A DNA stretch of 64,000 nucleotides from an uncultured delta proteobacterium (lineage in GTDB: Bacteria; Myxococcota_A; Polyangia; Fen-1088), in assembly GCA_963755125.1 (NCBI GenBank), contig CAVWIP010000003.1, positions 1 to 64,000 on the forward strand. Direction: 5' to 3'. A program made the position numbers and the translations under genes. This document shows positions 59,741 through 64,000 of the stretch, piece after piece (the stretch's first letter is position 1; every line of letters starts with the position of its first letter). The notes beneath the pieces were generated by a model that saw only the letters and a program-made list of their open reading frames with translations, ran no database searches and had not been told where the DNA came from.

Positions 59741-61501
59741 TCAGGGCACTGGCTGCACCTGCTCTCCAGACAGGACAAACCCACTCCCGAGTCTTCCGCT
59801 TACTCTGAGTCGCAGTTTGGGATTGAAACTTGGCGCATTAGGCAGAGAGGCATTCCCAACCTGGTTGCCGTCCAAAGGGACAACCACCTTGACACCAGAT
59901 TCCGTTGTCATCACCTTCGTTTCCCGCGCCGTCAGCGGTCCCGTGTCATTGAGCCGTCGGTGAACGATGTCTCCAGGATTCAAGAGCGACGTCAATATGA
60001 TTGTTGATCCGACTATGACAACATAGAGCGTTGTTTCGCTATTGACGACGCTAAACGCAACCGCTAAGGTCCCAATTCCAAGCACCCAGAATGCAGAACC
60101 AGCGAACCTGGGGTCCGGAGCGGTCACCAGGCAGAAGACAATCGCCGCAACTGGCGCAAGAAGAACCAACCATGCGAACGGTGCCATCGTCGCAAACCCT
60201 CTCTTCATCGCGACAATCACAACGCCGCAAAATGCGAGCGAAAGAGGCATGACCACGTTGCTCCTGTCTCTGAGAACCTCAATTGCCCATGGTTTTATCC
60301 ATGTGAAGTTGTGCAGAGAATCCCGAAAGTGATCGCCGGGCATTCGTGCCCATCCGACAATTGCGTCACGCGTCTCATCGAGCATTCGCGGCGTGAGTTT
60401 CCATTCCACCGGGAACGCGCCATATTGCAACGGGAAGAGCGGGTACCCTGTCAAAACCACTCCCCGTCCCATCCACAGGAGCAAGACTGATACGAAAAGA
60501 ATGCAACTGAAACGGATCTTCCATCTACTTATGCTTCCGAAGACCTTCAGGCGTCCAGCTGCCACAGTTGCGACACCAGCTGCGACACCGCCATACACGG
60601 CAAAATTCAGCTTGACCGTGATCCCGATCACGCCCAGGAAGCAGATGCAGAAAACCGAGTAAGCTATCTTGTCCGGATTTCCGTTCGCGGCACCGAAACA
60701 GCCATTGTCTTGCTCTGTTTCTGGAGAGCGTCCTAAGAGGAGCGAGATGAGTTCCGATGCAATCACGATACCAAGAAGAAAAACGCACGTGTCAGGTGTC
60801 GGGCTTGAACAATAGGCTGCGTCCACGGACTTGGCGATGACGGGAACGCAAGACATCGCACTGAAGGCAGCCCACGGGCTGGGGTTTGCCTTTGGGGAGA
60901 GCAGGTTAAGGATAGCGTACAGACTCGTTGCTAGGGACCAGAAGAGGAGGAGTGCTGATGCAATATGGTGGTATTTCTCCGTGAAAGGTCCGTTGTTCAG
61001 CATCGCTGCGTAGAGGAAGTACGACTGGTTGAATCCCAGCCGGTCGTGAAGCAATCCCAATCCGGGAACTACGGGGTAGCTTGAGGCCCATTTGATGGAT
61101 GGGATGTGATACAGGAAGCTGTCATACATTCCTGGCGGTCTAGTCGTCTGATACGCGAGGAAGATCGTAGAAACGAACAGAAGGGGAATGAGGCGCCGGA
61201 TAGTCCGTGCCTGTATTGTCGCCAGGGACATGACGTCTCCTGCATTGGACACAACCCCTAGTACGCCTAGTGCGGATATCAGAAGTAACGCGCCACCGTT
61301 GACCGGAAGGAGCAAATGCCAGGCCTGAAGAAGGGCTAGCGTCGCCGCAAACCCCACCCATGGCCCCGTCAGGAGGTCCTTGATCATGGTGACTCGAAGA
61401 CCAAAGGCCCTTTGAACGGAGAGTCCTATGCCTTGAAAGACCGTGGTAAGGAAGATCAGGCCTAGGCAAACCCAGAACATTGAAGCCAGCAAAGGATTCA
61501 T
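59741..61501 (-). CDS. Polytopic membrane protein, low GC (GT-C-like, LIC_10190-like)
   Basis: Many TM segments, first-loop motif YDSFLYH...W...PGLGLLHDRLGFN, late PDPRF. Confidence 0.7.
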   Translation of the reverse strand: MNPLLASMFWVCLGLIFLTTVFQGIGLSVQRAFGLRVTMIKDLLTGPWVGFAATLALLQAWHLLLPVNGGALLLISALGVLGVVSNAGDVMSLATIQARTIRRLIPLLFVSTIFLAYQTTRPPGMYDSFLYHIPSIKWASSYPVVPGLGLLHDRLGFNQSYFLYAAMLNNGPFTEKYHHIASALLLFWSLATSLYAILNLLSPKANPSPWAAFSAMSCVPVIAKSVDAAYCSSPTPDTCVFLLGIVIASELISLLLGRSPETEQDNGCFGAANGNPDKIAYSVFCICFLGVIGITVKLNFAVYGGVAAGVATVAAGRLKVFGSISRWKIRFSCILFVSVLLLWMGRGVVLTGYPLFPLQYGAFPVEWKLTPRMLDETRDAIVGWARMPGDHFRDSLHNFTWIKPWAIEVLRDRSNVVMPLSLAFCGVVIVAMKRGFATMAPFAWLVLLAPVAAIVFCLVTAPDPRFAGSAFWVLGIGTLAVAFSVVNSETTLYVVIVGSTIILTSLLNPGDIVHRRLNDTGPLTARETKVMTTESGVKVVVPLDGNQVGNASLPNAPSFNPKLRLRVSGRLGSGFVLSGEQVQPVP

Positions 61502-61574
61502 GCTTTACCTTCTGTTTTCGGTTGATCATGGAATGGTAGGCGCGAGTTCGGCTCCGGTTGAAGCACCGGAGCGC

Positions 61575-62675
61575 CTACACTCTGCCGCGAATGACATCCT
61601 CAATGACATCGCGAAAGAGCCTGGCCGTTTCAGCCAGGGTGTATCGCCGAACCAACTCGCGGTTCATCACTGCATGGGTATGGAAAAGGTGCGGGTCCAC
61701 GAAGTACTGCTCGATCGCGTCCACGAAGCTTTCGACCTGGGGATCCCGACTAAAACCGTTGCGTCCATCCTCGATCAGCTTACCGAAGCCCTGAATCCGG
61801 TTGCTCACCACCATGCCCATCCCCGACGCCATGCCTTCCACGATGGTGAAGTTCCCCACGCTGAAACGCGCTGGAAGCACCATGATGTCGGCGGCATCGT
61901 AAACCTGGGGCAAGGCATCCCAGCTCGCAATATTGTCCAGAAACGCCACGCACGCGGACAGCCCGAGCGCAGCTATTCTCGCCTCGCATGCCTGGCGCAG
62001 TGGTCCCGACGCGTTCATCTTCATGCGAGCCTCCGCGTGCCTTCGCTGGACCTCCGCAAAGACCTCGATCGCCAGGAGTGGATCGTAAAGCTCGACAAGC
62101 CGGTTGGGGAAAAGGATCTCGCGGCGCGCACCCCGGGGCCGAGGGAGATGATGAAAGTAGCCGTCGATATCAGCCGGATAGTTGGCCGACGCGACGTGCG
62201 GAAAGCGATACTCGTTTCGAAACTGAACGGCCCCTTCCTCGGATGAAGTCAAGATGCAGTCGAGGCCCGCATAGAACGTCCGCAACAGTGCCGCCATGGC
62301 ATCGACGCCACGGGGCTCACCCTGCGGGGTTCTGCGCAGCTCGGTGAACGCCAGAACCCGCTTGCACCGTGACTTGGCCCAGAGATAGGCGACCGCGTTC
62401 GACAGAAGCGTGAGACCGCCAAGCAGGACGACATCCGGATCGAAACGTTCGAGTTCGCGAACGATGTCGAACGAAAGATAGTGCTGGCTCCTCGTGAACA
62501 CGACGTGTTCCAAGATCCGGTTGTGCGGACCGAGGGGAATTCGCCACCATGCAGGCCGGTTGGCTTCCAGCCGAACGTGATACCAGAACTGGGCGTCGTA
62601 ATGTTCCCGCAGCGCCTGGCAGAATTTCACCTGATAGGGCGCGGCCATGTTGGAAACGAAAACCAGCCGGCGCAT
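61575..62675 (-). CDS. GT4 glycosyltransferase
   Basis: SNMAAPYQ, GPLR, LPQVYDAADIMVLPA...IVEGMASG, IEDGRNG. Confidence 0.85.
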   Translation of the reverse strand: MRRLVFVSNMAAPYQVKFCQALREHYDAQFWYHVRLEANRPAWWRIPLGPHNRILEHVVFTRSQHYLSFDIVRELERFDPDVVLLGGLTLLSNAVAYLWAKSRCKRVLAFTELRRTPQGEPRGVDAMAALLRTFYAGLDCILTSSEEGAVQFRNEYRFPHVASANYPADIDGYFHHLPRPRGARREILFPNRLVELYDPLLAIEVFAEVQRRHAEARMKMNASGPLRQACEARIAALGLSACVAFLDNIASWDALPQVYDAADIMVLPARFSVGNFTIVEGMASGMGMVVSNRIQGFGKLIEDGRNGFSRDPQVESFVDAIEQYFVDPHLFHTHAVMNRELVRRYTLAETARLFRDVIEDVIRGRV

Positions 62676-62682
62676 TTCTGTA

Positions 62683-63876
62683 CTACGCCTTTCCCAGACG
62701 ACGCGCGACGGCCTCGCGGTTCTCGGCCGCGAACCGAAGCAGATCGCAGATCTCCTCCACCTGCGCCGGTGTGACGTTGGGGCCAGTGGGCAGGGACAGC
62801 ACGCGCTTCACCAGCCGCTGGGTGGCAGGCAAGCGAAGACCCGCACCGGGCAAGGTCGATCGATAAGGCTCCATCTGGTGGCAGCCGGGATAAAAATATC
62901 GGCGCGCAAGCACGTTCTCGGCCTGCAGAATGTGCTGAACGTCGTCGCGCGAAAGGCGGGCAAAGTCGACTTCCAGAATCACGTACTGGTAGTTTCGCTT
63001 CTCGCGCGCGTCGTACGGGTAAAGGCGCAGCCCTTCAACCCCCGCAAGCCGGTCGCGATAGATGCAGTAGTTCGTCCGATTGCAGTCGATGAACGCATCG
63101 ATGCTCTCCAGCGACGTCAATCCCATGGCGGCGCAGATCTCCGTCATCTTGCCGTTGGTTCCCAGCGAGTCGACCTGGTCGTAGCCCGAGAAACCAAAGT
63201 TGCGCATCAGGCGCGATTTCGTGGCTATCTCATCGTTGTTGGTGGTGATGACCCCGCCCTCGAACGAGTTCAGGAACTTGGTCGCGTGAAAGCTGAACAC
63301 CTCCACGTCTCCCTCGCCGCCCAGCATTCGCCCCTTGTAGCTGCAGCCGAACGCATGGGCCGAATCGTAGATCGTGCGCAGACGGTGGCGGCCGGCGATG
63401 GCCTGTATCTCGTCGACGGGACAGGGCTCGCCCCAGACGTGAACCCCGACGATGCCCGATGTCCGCGACGTGATGAGCGGTTCGATGTGCGCAGGATCCA
63501 GCGAGTGCGAACGCTCGTCGATGTCGCAGAACACGGGAACGACGTTGAGCCACTGCAAGGCGTGCGCGGTGGCCACGAAGGTGAATGAAGGGACGATGAC
63601 CTCGCCGGTCAGGCCCAGTGCATGGGCGGCGATCTCCAGACCGACCGTCGCATTGCAGACCGCGACGCAGTGACGAACACCGAGATAAGCGGCCAGCGCC
63701 TGCTCGAACGCGCGAACGTAGGGGCCATCGTTGGAAAACCACCGCCGGTCCAGCATGTCCTCGAATCGCTCGATCAGCTTCTGCCGGTCGCCGATATTGG
63801 GCCGGCCGACGTGCAGCGGGTTCTCGAAGGCCGCCGCGCCGCCAAAGATCGCCAGATCCTCAACCGATTTCTTCAT
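62683..63876 (-). CDS. DegT/DnrJ/EryC1/StrS PLP aminotransferase (VioA/DesI-like)
   Basis: LHVGRPN, NATVGL, PSFTFVATAH, YDSAHAFG, FSFHATK, NGKMTE, ARRYF. Confidence 0.92.
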   Translation of the reverse strand: MKKSVEDLAIFGGAAAFENPLHVGRPNIGDRQKLIERFEDMLDRRWFSNDGPYVRAFEQALAAYLGVRHCVAVCNATVGLEIAAHALGLTGEVIVPSFTFVATAHALQWLNVVPVFCDIDERSHSLDPAHIEPLITSRTSGIVGVHVWGEPCPVDEIQAIAGRHRLRTIYDSAHAFGCSYKGRMLGGEGDVEVFSFHATKFLNSFEGGVITTNNDEIATKSRLMRNFGFSGYDQVDSLGTNGKMTEICAAMGLTSLESIDAFIDCNRTNYCIYRDRLAGVEGLRLYPYDAREKRNYQYVILEVDFARLSRDDVQHILQAENVLARRYFYPGCHQMEPYRSTLPGAGLRLPATQRLVKRVLSLPTGPNVTPAQVEEICDLLRFAAENREAVARRLGKA

Positions 63877-63880
63877 GGCA

Positions 63881-64000
63881 CTAGCGAGACCTGACCACGC
63901 GCGCAGGGGCGCCAAATGCGACCACGCGCGCAGGGATGTTGTGGGTGACCACGGAGCCGGCGCCGACAATGCTGCCCTCGTCCACTTCACGGCCCTCCAG
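63881..64000 (-). CDS. C-terminal part of a hexapeptide-repeat sugar acetyltransferase (partial)
   Basis: LEGREVDEGSIVGAGSVVTHNIPARVVAFGAPARVVRSR*, start lies beyond the window. Confidence 0.75.
   Translation of the reverse strand: MEGREVDEGSIVGAGSVVTHNIPARVVAFGAPARVVRSR

Noticed and set aside
63893..63935. 16-bp direct repeat GACCACGCGCGCAGGG x2
   Set aside because: Encodes PARVV twice within the acetyltransferase C-terminus, so it is a coding repeat.

Overview
High-GC bacterial chromosomal segment, most likely Myxococcota (TIGR02266-type PilZ protein, PEGA-domain proteins, a Ser/Thr kinase, Gly-rich lipoprotein linkers, myxobacterial-type pfa genes). Left to right: a partial GH3 lipoprotein; an 11-haem c + cytochrome b fusion (CbcL-like); a TPR-PEGA protein; and a two-gene PUFA-synthase-like locus (pfaA/pfa2-like with a single ACP; pfa3-like KS-CLF-DH-acyltransferase without AT; no enoyl reductase gene next to it). 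Then an MFS transporter, manC and a phosphomannomutase, a DUF2844/DUF3443 pair, pilD, rsfS-rlmH, a J-domain protein, gpmA, an orphan E1-alpha, nadE, a serine hydrolase, a frameshifted Ser/Thr kinase, a DUF3516 helicase, a FecR-VIT-vWA-TPR protein, a B12 radical SAM enzyme and a PilZ protein. From about 45 kb to the end lies a mosaic surface-glycan locus that includes a decayed second uxs copy and a low-GC GT-C-like gene. About a dozen genes have a TANNNT box 6-10 nt upstream of the start codon and no Shine-Dalgarno, suggesting widespread leaderless transcription. No rRNA, tRNA, CRISPR array, integrase or transposase was recognised. All family assignments come from motif recognition by eye, not database searches.
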